DNA of 64,000 bases from Sulfurimonadaceae bacterium (GTDB lineage Bacteria > Campylobacterota > Campylobacteria > Campylobacterales > Sulfurimonadaceae), in the NCBI GenBank assembly GCA_041571435.1, contig JBFFUI010000002.1, positions 1 to 64,000 of the forward strand, in the 5' to 3' direction. Shown piece after piece: positions 30,213 to 38,508 of the stretch (its first letter is position 1; each line of letters starts with the position of its first letter). Below the pieces are notes generated by a model. It did no database searches and was not told the origin of the DNA. It saw nothing but the letters and a program-made list of their open reading frames with translations. The translations under genes were made by a program, and so were the position numbers.

Positions 30213-30303
30213 GTATTGACTTCTTGGCTTGAAAATTAACGTGAATGATATAGTAGCGCATGTGCTGTCTGCATTACAAGCGAAGTTTCACTATAATTTT
30301 AGG

Positions 30304-31557
30304 ATGAAAGCACCGTTTAATTGGGATTACAACTCTGATCAACCTTACCAGCTCAAAGAGCGATCCTATAAAAAAGCGATGCGCAAAAAAGAACTTGCCT
30401 CGCTTTTAACGACTATTTTCACGGCACTCATCATCCTTCCTGTCGCCGCTTTACTGCAAGCCTTGATCCCGAAACGTGCCATCTCTTCAGACGATTTTTT
30501 CGGGATGAGCATCAATCTCGACAAGGCGCCTCAGGCGACGAAGGAGCTGGTTGAAGAGCTGGAGCTCACGACGCTGCTGATCCGTTTCCCCCTCTGGGAG
30601 ATGGAGCGGCTCGAGGCCTACGTCGATTTTGTTAAGACTTATCAAGATAGTAAGATCATCCTTAATGTCATGCAGGACCGCGAACATGTTGAGGACCTTT
30701 CACTGCTTAAAGATGATCTGACAATGCTTTTCAACGCCTTTTCCCCATATGTCGAAAGCTTTCAGATCGGCTCAACGATCAACCGCGCCAAATGGGGCTT
30801 TTTCAGTGTCAACGAGTACCTCCGTTTTTATGCGGTCGCCTATGCGTTGAAATCCGATCTGTTTACCCACATCAAACTTCTCGGCCCTTCCGTAATTGAC
30901 TTCGAGTACCATTTCACTGTCCATGCCCTCTTTAACTTTTTCAGACTCAGATACGACGCCCTCTCCGCCCTGCTCTATGTCGATCGTCGCGGTGCGCCCG
31001 AAAACAGCCAGATGGGATATGACCTGATCAAGAAGATCGGCCTCCTGGATACACTGGCCTGTCTCAGTCCGAAAACAGTCCGAAAACTCTACATCACGGA
31101 GACCAACTGGCCCATCACGGACACCGCGCCTTACGCACCGACCAGCGAATACGAGTGTGTCGATGAAGAGAGTTACGCCGACTTCATGGTCCGATACTAT
31201 CTTCTGGCCTTTGCCTCGCAAAAAGTGGACGCCGTCTACTGGCATCAGCTTATCGCACCGGGCTACGGACTGATCGACAACCGTGACGGACTGACGAAAC
31301 GTGCTGCTTTCAACGCTTTCAAGACGATGCACCGCCTGCTACAGAACATGTCACTTTGTGCCTTCAATGTTGAAAATGAGGTCTATACACTGATCGCTGA
31401 AAGTGCCGAACGGCGTGTCACTGTCAAATGGTCGCTCGATTTACAAACCATTACGTATAATACCCCCTTGAACTATACTGACCGTGATGGCCAAAGCCAT
31501 AGCGCAAAGGTCATAGAAATCGGGCCATCCCCAATCTATTTTACAGAAGGCAATTAA
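30304..31557 (+). CDS. Membrane-anchored clan GH-A (TIM barrel) glycoside hydrolase-like protein
   Basis: One TM, then FFGMSIN, LIRFPLW, LLGPSV, YITETNWP, VYWHQL..GYGL; start taken as ATG 30304. Confidence 0.6.
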   Translation: MKAPFNWDYNSDQPYQLKERSYKKAMRKKELASLLTTIFTALIILPVAALLQALIPKRAISSDDFFGMSINLDKAPQATKELVEELELTTLLIRFPLWEMERLEAYVDFVKTYQDSKIILNVMQDREHVEDLSLLKDDLTMLFNAFSPYVESFQIGSTINRAKWGFFSVNEYLRFYAVAYALKSDLFTHIKLLGPSVIDFEYHFTVHALFNFFRLRYDALSALLYVDRRGAPENSQMGYDLIKKIGLLDTLACLSPKTVRKLYITETNWPITDTAPYAPTSEYECVDEESYADFMVRYYLLAFASQKVDAVYWHQLIAPGYGLIDNRDGLTKRAAFNAFKTMHRLLQNMSLCAFNVENEVYTLIAESAERRVTVKWSLDLQTITYNTPLNYTDRDGQSHSAKVIEIGPSPIYFTEGN

Positions 31558-33485
31558 TGCAGTTTCGCAATCGTTTTACACCCGTTCTGACAGCGATCGG
31601 TCTTTCGCTCGTCTTCATGATGGCGGTCCGTCTCTTTTTATGGCTGCGCTACCATGAATCATTCAACGACTTGAGCACGTATGAGACACTCCTATCCTTT
31701 ATACTCGGCATGCGCCTCGACCTGATCTCGATATTGACCTTCACAGTGCTGCTTATCCTCCTCTCCACGATCCCGCTTCGGCTGATCTTCAACAACTACG
31801 TTCGGGCATTTTTCGGTCTGGTGTGGGGGCTTATCCTATCGATGATGCTCACGGTCTCCATCGGAGACACCCTCTACTTCGAGTACACCTTCCGCCACCT
31901 CTCTTCAGAGCTTTTCAACCTGACCAACGACACGGACCTGATCATTGATATGGCTTTGCACTCCTATCTTTCCTACACCATTGTACTGTCGATCTTTTTC
32001 ACGGCTATGACCGCTCTTTTTATCTATATCTTTACCCGCCCGGTCAAAAACCAGACGATCTCGCCGAAAAGCTGGTTGACGACACTGTTGATCATCCTCC
32101 TTCTCTTTTTGGGTATCAGAAGCAAGTTCAGCGGTAAATCGTTCGGTGTCTCTGACGCCTTTGCCGTCAACAAGGTGAGTTCAGGCAACCTTGCGCTCAA
32201 CGGTTTTTTCTGTGTCTACCGCACCGCCAACAAAAAAGGGGCTAAACACGACCATCTGCCTTTAATGAAAGCCCTTGCCACGACAAAGGCAATCCTGACA
32301 TCGGAGCGCAGCGCTTTCAGCGATCCGGAAGTGCCTATTGAACGGAAGTTCAGCGAACCTGCTGCCAAGCACTACAATGTGATCTTCATCCTGATCGAGT
32401 CATGGGGTGCAGAGCACCTCGATAGCTACACCCACTACAAACCGCTGGGTGTCACCCCGTTTTTCAGTGAACTCTCGTCGAAAGGGATAAAGTTCACCAA
32501 CTTCTATGCCAACGGTAACCGCTCTATTTACGGTCTGACAACCCTGCTGACCGGACTGCCTAAACCTGCCGGTTTCCAGCCTTTGGGCAACGGTCTTGAG
32601 TTCTCCCATCTGAGCTACCTGGGCACGATCGTCAAGGCGAACGGCTACGACACGATGGCCATGCAGGGCTCAAGCAGACGTTCCTACCGAATCGACTCGG
32701 TCATGAACCTCAGCGGGTTTGACCAATATTACGGCGCCTGCGACATCCCCGATGTCGAAGAGCTGGGAGAAGGACGTTCTCCTGCACCTCTTGGTACCTA
32801 CGATTACAACCTTATGGACTATTTTCATAAAAAGGTCAACACCCTCAAAGAGCCCTTTTTCACCTTTGCTTTCACCTCCTCGACCCATACGGACTACCAC
32901 CTTCCGGACAAGAAGTATGAGAAGTTCCCCCACGGGCTGAAAAGCTATAACGGTTTTATGAACGCCATGTACTATACGGACACTGTTTTGAAGCGTTTTA
33001 TGAATGAAGTCAAAGACGAGCCCTGGTTCGACAACACCATCTTTATCTTTACCGGCGATCATGGCTTTGGCAGTGCCTCGACCGGTGATGCCAAAAAGCT
33101 TAGAGAGGTCAGTACACCGATGCCAAGCATCGAACACAACCGTATTCCCCTGTTGATCTATGCACCTAAGGTCTTCAAACCTTATGTCAACACGACACTG
33201 GGTTCGCATGCAGACATCCTGCCGACGGTCATCGATATGCTCGGTCTCAAAAACAGCTACTCTTCCATGGGAAATTCTCTGCTGGATGATACGGTATCGG
33301 AACGTTTTGTCTATCTGCAGGCCGGCAATCTTATGGGACTGATCACCGATAAGGGGTACATAAAACACAACTACAAGAACATCGTCGAAGCCAACACGTC
33401 CGACCCCGAAACCCTGGAACGAAAACTGTTGAGCATCGATACCGTCGAGGGCACATTTCTGCAAGATAACAGGTGGGCCAAATAA
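31557..33485 (+). CDS. LTA synthase/sulfatase-family phospho-substituent transferase
   Basis: About 5 N-terminal TMs; alkaline-phosphatase-fold motifs ILIESW, ANGNRS, SSTHT, GDHG, IPLLIYAP, SHADILPT. Confidence 0.87.
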   Translation: MQFRNRFTPVLTAIGLSLVFMMAVRLFLWLRYHESFNDLSTYETLLSFILGMRLDLISILTFTVLLILLSTIPLRLIFNNYVRAFFGLVWGLILSMMLTVSIGDTLYFEYTFRHLSSELFNLTNDTDLIIDMALHSYLSYTIVLSIFFTAMTALFIYIFTRPVKNQTISPKSWLTTLLIILLLFLGIRSKFSGKSFGVSDAFAVNKVSSGNLALNGFFCVYRTANKKGAKHDHLPLMKALATTKAILTSERSAFSDPEVPIERKFSEPAAKHYNVIFILIESWGAEHLDSYTHYKPLGVTPFFSELSSKGIKFTNFYANGNRSIYGLTTLLTGLPKPAGFQPLGNGLEFSHLSYLGTIVKANGYDTMAMQGSSRRSYRIDSVMNLSGFDQYYGACDIPDVEELGEGRSPAPLGTYDYNLMDYFHKKVNTLKEPFFTFAFTSSTHTDYHLPDKKYEKFPHGLKSYNGFMNAMYYTDTVLKRFMNEVKDEPWFDNTIFIFTGDHGFGSASTGDAKKLREVSTPMPSIEHNRIPLLIYAPKVFKPYVNTTLGSHADILPTVIDMLGLKNSYSSMGNSLLDDTVSERFVYLQAGNLMGLITDKGYIKHNYKNIVEANTSDPETLERKLLSIDTVEGTFLQDNRWAK

Positions 33486-34471
33486 TGCAGCATCAACAGA
33501 ACGTCAAATCGATCCTGATCATTCTGCCCAACTGGCTCGGCGATGCAGTGATGGCGACCCCGGCCATCGAAGCCCTCTGCGAACACTACCCGTATGCGCA
33601 CCTGACACTTGTCGGCTCTTTTGTCTCCGTCGAAGCGCTGAAGCATCATCCCTTTTGTCATAGACACTATATCGATGAGACCAAAAAAGGCGGTTCTAGG
33701 TTACTGAACACCTACCGGTTCGCCAAGAAGATCGGCAAGCATGACATCGCACTCTCATTCCGCAATCAGCCTCACGCCTCACTGCTGTTGAAATGGAGCG
33801 GCTCTTCAACGACGATCGCAAGAGATTCCTGGCACGCCAAACTCCTGTTGACTCTACACCCTCAAGTGAAACAGGGGCATCTTGTGGAACAGTATGTCGG
33901 TCTGGTCGAGAGCCTTATCAAAGAGGAGATTGCAGAGATCTCTCCACTGCGACTCTTCATCAAAGCCCACCACTACGATAAAGCCACACTCGGTATAAAC
34001 CCCGGAGCGACATACGGTTCAGCCAAACGGTGGTACCCGGAGAAGTTTGCAAAAGTGGCGGCCCACTACGCCGGCGAATACAACATTGTCATCTTCGGCG
34101 GCCCGACGGAGACCGAGATGGCACAGTCCATCGAAGACGAACTCACGGCACTTGGCATCAACAATGTCACCAACATGGCCGGAAAGACCACGATAGAGGA
34201 GCTCTGCGCCTACATCGGCGGGCTCTCACTCTTCATCACCAACGACAGCGGCCCGATGCATGTCGCAGCAGCGTACCAGGTCCCCACTGTCAGCATCTTC
34301 GGCCCGACCCGTCACTTGGAGACTTCCCAGTGGAAAAACCGTAAAAGCAGAATCGTACGCCATGACCTTCCGTGCGCGCCCTGTATGAAGCGGGAGTGTC
34401 CGTTAAAACATCACGACTGTATGAAGAAGATTGAAGCGGATGAAGTGATCGATGCGATAGAAACACTCTAG
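33485..34471 (+). CDS. waaF: LPS heptosyltransferase II
   Basis: PNWLGDAVM, NPGATYGSAKRW, TNDSGPMHVAAA, FGPT, CAPCMKRECP. Confidence 0.92.
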   Translation: MQHQQNVKSILIILPNWLGDAVMATPAIEALCEHYPYAHLTLVGSFVSVEALKHHPFCHRHYIDETKKGGSRLLNTYRFAKKIGKHDIALSFRNQPHASLLLKWSGSSTTIARDSWHAKLLLTLHPQVKQGHLVEQYVGLVESLIKEEIAEISPLRLFIKAHHYDKATLGINPGATYGSAKRWYPEKFAKVAAHYAGEYNIVIFGGPTETEMAQSIEDELTALGINNVTNMAGKTTIEELCAYIGGLSLFITNDSGPMHVAAAYQVPTVSIFGPTRHLETSQWKNRKSRIVRHDLPCAPCMKRECPLKHHDCMKKIEADEVIDAIETL

Positions 34472-34563
34472 AAGATTTCGAGTTTATATTTTGATTTTGA
34501 AAAGATGGCGAAGTGCCTCACCAACCCCTCTACATTTCAGGTTGGGTGCGAGATACGCTGAGG

Positions 34564-35169
34564 CTAGAATTTAAACTTGAATCCTACGAAGAAGCTTCGG
34601 TTGTAATAGCCTTTACTGTGAAAGTCCGTCGGTGTCTCAATACCTCGATATCCTGTCGTGAGACGGCCCCTCTCCATCAACTCGACATCAAAGTTTACCT
34701 GATACTCAGTATAGCCTGTCGATTTATCAAAGGCCAGTACCTCGGGCGCATAATAGAACTGTCCGCCGACATGTAGCGGGATCGCGATGTCTAAAGGGAG
34801 TGTATAATCAGATACAACACCTATCGGCATAGCAAAGATAGCTCGGTTATCCAGAGGCGTGTAAGCCAGCTTAATACCCATCCCCATCATCAGTCCCGGC
34901 GCAAACGTTGATGTCGATTGTACGACAAAGCCTAGCTCGCCCAGGGTGTTCGTATCCTGATCATTCGGTAGTCTTGCATGTGACTGATCGCCTTTCATCA
35001 CTCTAGCTTTAATGATAAAGCTGTCTGGTTCGATGGCGTTGTTAAGCTGGCCCATGTCGAGTCCGAGATGAAGATCCAGATCTTTATTGTTTAGATTGAG
35101 TTCAAACTCGTGCATCGCAAATACGTTTGACGATAACAGCAGTGTTCCTAACAACAGTTTTTTTAGCAT
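34564..35169 (-). CDS. YfaZ-like outer-membrane beta-barrel protein
   Basis: Signal peptide, YYAPEVLAF motif, alternating strands, C-terminal Phe (VGFKFKF). Confidence 0.7.
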   Translation of the reverse strand: MLKKLLLGTLLLSSNVFAMHEFELNLNNKDLDLHLGLDMGQLNNAIEPDSFIIKARVMKGDQSHARLPNDQDTNTLGELGFVVQSTSTFAPGLMMGMGIKLAYTPLDNRAIFAMPIGVVSDYTLPLDIAIPLHVGGQFYYAPEVLAFDKSTGYTEYQVNFDVELMERGRLTTGYRGIETPTDFHSKGYYNRSFFVGFKFKF

Positions 35170-36593
35170 GTTGACCCTTGTATTTTTTCTATGGTTTTCG
35201 TGGTGCTTTTGCCATCGACAAAATCGACCAGTTTAAGTACTTTTGAGAACTCGGTGCCTACGACACTCTTGCCCTCATAATCGCCGCCTTTGACCAGCAC
35301 ATCCGGTGCGATCATCTTGATCAGCTCATGCGGTGTATCATCACCGAACTTGACGACATAGTCAACAGCATCAAGTGCTGCCAGAATGTAGGCACGGTCA
35401 TCTTCAGTATTAACTGGACGGCTTGGGCCTTTAAGCTCGCGGACAGAGGCATCCGAGTTAAGTCCAACGATCAGAATATCGCCAAAGCTTTTGGCCTCTT
35501 GAAGGTACTTGACATGGCCCACATGTAAGATGTCAAAACAGCCGTTTGTAAAAACGACCCGCTGTCCATGTTCTTTCGCACGCTTGACAATACGGTCGAT
35601 CTCATCAAAACTCTTGATGTGTGCATCGGAACTGCTCTGGTGCAGTTTTGACTCATAGATCTCTATCTCATCGAGTGTGACTGTAGCCGAACCGATCTTC
35701 CCGACCACGACACCCGCTGCGAGGTTCGAGAACCGTGCCGTCTCTTCGATGCTCAATCCGGCGCTCAAGGCGAAAGCGATCGAAGCGATCACCGTATCAC
35801 CCGCACCCGTTACATCAAAGACCTCTTGTGCCACCGTCGGAAAACGCTTGACTTCGCCGTCATAAATGGCAATCCCGTCTTCCGAAAGGGTGATCATAGA
35901 ACGGTCCAGATCGCACTGCTCCTTCAGAGAGAGGAGCGCTTGCTCTAAAGAGGCATCATCTACGATGTCGATGTTCGTCGCCTCTGACGCCTCTTTTTTG
36001 TTGGGTGTCAGCATATGGGCGCCGCGGTATTTGCTGTAATCAGTCCCTTTCGGATCGACCAGCACTTTGATCTTCTTTTGCCTGGCAAGTTGGATAACAG
36101 CTTGCGACAACTCCTCAGAGACGACCCCTTTGCCGTAATCTGACAGGATGATCATGTCCGTCACAAAAAGATCTTTTTCTATCGCCTTGAGGATCTTCTC
36201 TACCGATGTCGACGAGATCGTCTCTTTGGACTCATTGTCGTAACGCAGTATCTGCTGGCTTGCAGCGATGACACGTGACTTTTTACTGGTCTTGCGCCCA
36301 GGCTGTGTGATCAGTCCTTCTGTCTTCACGCCAATAGACTTCAACATGATCGTCAGTTCTTTGGCGATCTCGTCGTCTCCGACGACACTGGCGACATTTA
36401 CCGTAGCGCCAAGCGAGATAAGGTTATTGACGACATTGCCCGCCCCGCCCAGGACAGCGGTCTCTTTGGCGATGTCGACAACCTGAACAGGCGCCTCCGG
36501 TGAAATACGTTCGGCATCACCCCAAAGGTAGTGGTCGATCATCAAGTCGCCTATGACCAGGATGTTTGGCTTGGCGTTTTTCAAAACCTGCAC
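35163..36593 (-). CDS. hldE: Bifunctional heptose-7-phosphate kinase / heptose-1-phosphate adenylyltransferase
   Basis: RISPEAPV, DVTGAGDT (PfkB), FTNGCFDILHVGH, LVKGGDY. Confidence 0.97.
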   Translation of the reverse strand: MQVLKNAKPNILVIGDLMIDHYLWGDAERISPEAPVQVVDIAKETAVLGGAGNVVNNLISLGATVNVASVVGDDEIAKELTIMLKSIGVKTEGLITQPGRKTSKKSRVIAASQQILRYDNESKETISSTSVEKILKAIEKDLFVTDMIILSDYGKGVVSEELSQAVIQLARQKKIKVLVDPKGTDYSKYRGAHMLTPNKKEASEATNIDIVDDASLEQALLSLKEQCDLDRSMITLSEDGIAIYDGEVKRFPTVAQEVFDVTGAGDTVIASIAFALSAGLSIEETARFSNLAAGVVVGKIGSATVTLDEIEIYESKLHQSSSDAHIKSFDEIDRIVKRAKEHGQRVVFTNGCFDILHVGHVKYLQEAKSFGDILIVGLNSDASVRELKGPSRPVNTEDDRAYILAALDAVDYVVKFGDDTPHELIKMIAPDVLVKGGDYEGKSVVGTEFSKVLKLVDFVDGKSTTKTIEKIQGSTC

Positions 36594-37600
36594 TATTTTA
36601 CCTCTTCTTCATACATGCGTTTGATCTCGGGAATGTACTGTTTGATACCCTCTTCAAACGAAAAGCGTGGTTCGTAGCCCAGCCCCTCTATCGTGCTCTC
36701 AATGTTGGCTTCGGTATGGAACTGATAACGACCGATATACGGGTTCGGTATATATTCGCACGTAAACGACGTGCCAAGCTCTTTTTGCAGGATATCGACC
36801 ATATCCTGGAACGAGCGGGCATTGCCCGTACCCACATTATAGATACCGCTCTCTCTTGGATGCATCGCCAGGATGTTTGCCTGAATGATGTCTTCTATAT
36901 AGATGAAGTCGCGAACGATCTTGTCAGAGCCTTCAAAGAGTCTTGGATTTTTACCTTGAAGCAGCTGATGACCGAACTGGATCACCATGGAAGAGGTCTT
37001 GTCCTTGAAGTATTCCCGCGGACCGTACACATTGAAATAACGAAGCCCTACAATACTGATGTTCGCTGTTTTCATCACATCTCGAGAAAGATGATCCATC
37101 ATCAGTTTTGAAAAACCGTAGACGTTTTGCGGCGCTTCGACACCAACCGTCTGCGGTGAAGGAGCGTCACCGTAGGTAGCACCCGACGATGCATAGATCA
37201 TGTTGGCATTTTGACGGATCGCCATTTCAAGAAGGTCTTTATAGGCGTTAAGATTCGTCTTGACCATCAGGTCCTGTTCCAGGGCCGTTGTATCGGAGAT
37301 GGCCGCTTCATGGAAGATATAGTCAAAATCGTAATCCGCTTCGAGTTTGGCAAGCAGTGCTTTGTCGTTGATGTCGCCGCTGATCACTTCCCCTCTGAAA
37401 CCGACCAGGTTTTTAAAGTGTCCAAAGCTTTTCAGATTCCCGTTGGAGAGGGTCTCGCCGGAACGAAAACTGTCCAGCACGACCACCTTTGCGTCGGGAT
37501 GATTCTCCTGGAAATAGAAGGCGAGGTTGGAACCGATAAAACCTGCTCCGCCCGTGATTAAAATCGTTTTGTTTTTTAGATCAGAATCGATATAGCGCAT
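36593..37600 (-). CDS. rfaD: ADP-L-glycero-D-manno-heptose 6-epimerase
   Basis: TGGAGFIGSN, YGFSK, LRYFNVYGPRE, YQFHTEA. Confidence 0.95.
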   Translation of the reverse strand: MRYIDSDLKNKTILITGGAGFIGSNLAFYFQENHPDAKVVVLDSFRSGETLSNGNLKSFGHFKNLVGFRGEVISGDINDKALLAKLEADYDFDYIFHEAAISDTTALEQDLMVKTNLNAYKDLLEMAIRQNANMIYASSGATYGDAPSPQTVGVEAPQNVYGFSKLMMDHLSRDVMKTANISIVGLRYFNVYGPREYFKDKTSSMVIQFGHQLLQGKNPRLFEGSDKIVRDFIYIEDIIQANILAMHPRESGIYNVGTGNARSFQDMVDILQKELGTSFTCEYIPNPYIGRYQFHTEANIESTIEGLGYEPRFSFEEGIKQYIPEIKRMYEEEVK

Positions 37601-37761
37601 TATCTCTCTTTATTTTGTTTTATGAAATCCGGCTAACGCAGATGCCTGTATATATGGGATAGATTATAACAAATAGAGGATTAATCCTCCAGCATGGCTT
37701 AGTGCAGATTAAGATTATAATGCTTATAATGCAAACCAAATTTTAACACGGAGATTCAAAC

Positions 37762-38058
37762 ATGAAAAAAATCGCATTAGCTCTACTAGTAGCAAGCGTA
37801 TCACTAATGGCAGCTGACGGTGCTGCAGCCTACAAAAAATGTGTAAGCTGTCATGGCGCAAACGCTGAGAAGAAAGCGCTTAACAAATCTGAAATCATCA
37901 ACACTTGGGATGCTGCTAAAATCGAAGCTTCTCTTCAAGGTTACAAAGCAGGTACTCTTAACGTTCACGGTATGGGTGCACTAATGAAAGGTCAAGTAGC
38001 TGCTTACGATGACGCTACTATTAAAGCTGTTTCAGAGTACATCACAACTCTTAAATAA
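37762..38058 (+). CDS. Periplasmic class I cytochrome c (c553-like)
   Basis: Signal peptide, CVSCHG heme motif, distal Met in GALMKGQV; GGAGA RBS. Confidence 0.93.
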   Translation: MKKIALALLVASVSLMAADGAAAYKKCVSCHGANAEKKALNKSEIINTWDAAKIEASLQGYKAGTLNVHGMGALMKGQVAAYDDATIKAVSEYITTLK

Positions 38059-38071
38059 TTAAGTCCTTTTC

Positions 38072-38106
38072 TGGAGACTCCTTTTAGGGGTTTCCACCTT
38101 CTTCTA
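38072..38106 (+). terminator. Intrinsic terminator after cytochrome c
   Basis: TGGAGACTCCT-TTT-AGGGGTTTCCA hairpin followed by a pyrimidine-rich tract. Confidence 0.65.
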
Positions 38107-38269
38107 TCTCTATTTCAAACACTACTCATTGTAAACAAAACAATCTCTACTGAATATCTAAACAGACCCTTTTGCAAGGCGTGCTGCTTTCTTCTCGGCA
38201 TACGCAGAGAAAAACTAATAGGAGAAAGAGTAAAGACTGCAGGTATTGTTGGGTAGGTGTAAAGAGGTC

Positions 38270-38494
38270 TTACTCCGGACGATAGCCCTCTTTCTTCTTC
38301 TTTAATGCTTCTTTTTTGTTCTGCTGCTCCGCCGCAGCGTTGAGCTCTTCGTCACCGTCATACTGCACCTGGTTCAGAAACTTCTCTTTGTCGTCAAACT
38401 GTCCGGTCTTGATCGCCCACATAATGCCAAAAAGAGCCAAGGCACCCAAAAATACCGAGACGCCTAGCATTAATATAATGATTGAATCGTTCAT
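38270..38494 (-). CDS. ccoS: cbb3 oxidase assembly protein CcoS
   Basis: Single TM then WAIKTGQFDD; directly downstream of ccoI; start MNDSIII at 38494. Confidence 0.9.
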   Translation of the reverse strand: MNDSIIILMLGVSVFLGALALFGIMWAIKTGQFDDKEKFLNQVQYDGDEELNAAAEQQNKKEALKKKKEGYRPE

Positions 38495-38508
38495 ACATGC
38501 CCTTTCGG

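Noticed and set aside
32670-33464. 264-aa minus-strand ORF
   Set aside because: Antisense shadow of the LtaS-family gene
34516-34548. Bidirectional terminator between waaF and the yfaZ-like gene
   Set aside because: Stem is bulged with a large loop and has no adjacent U-tract; too weak to call
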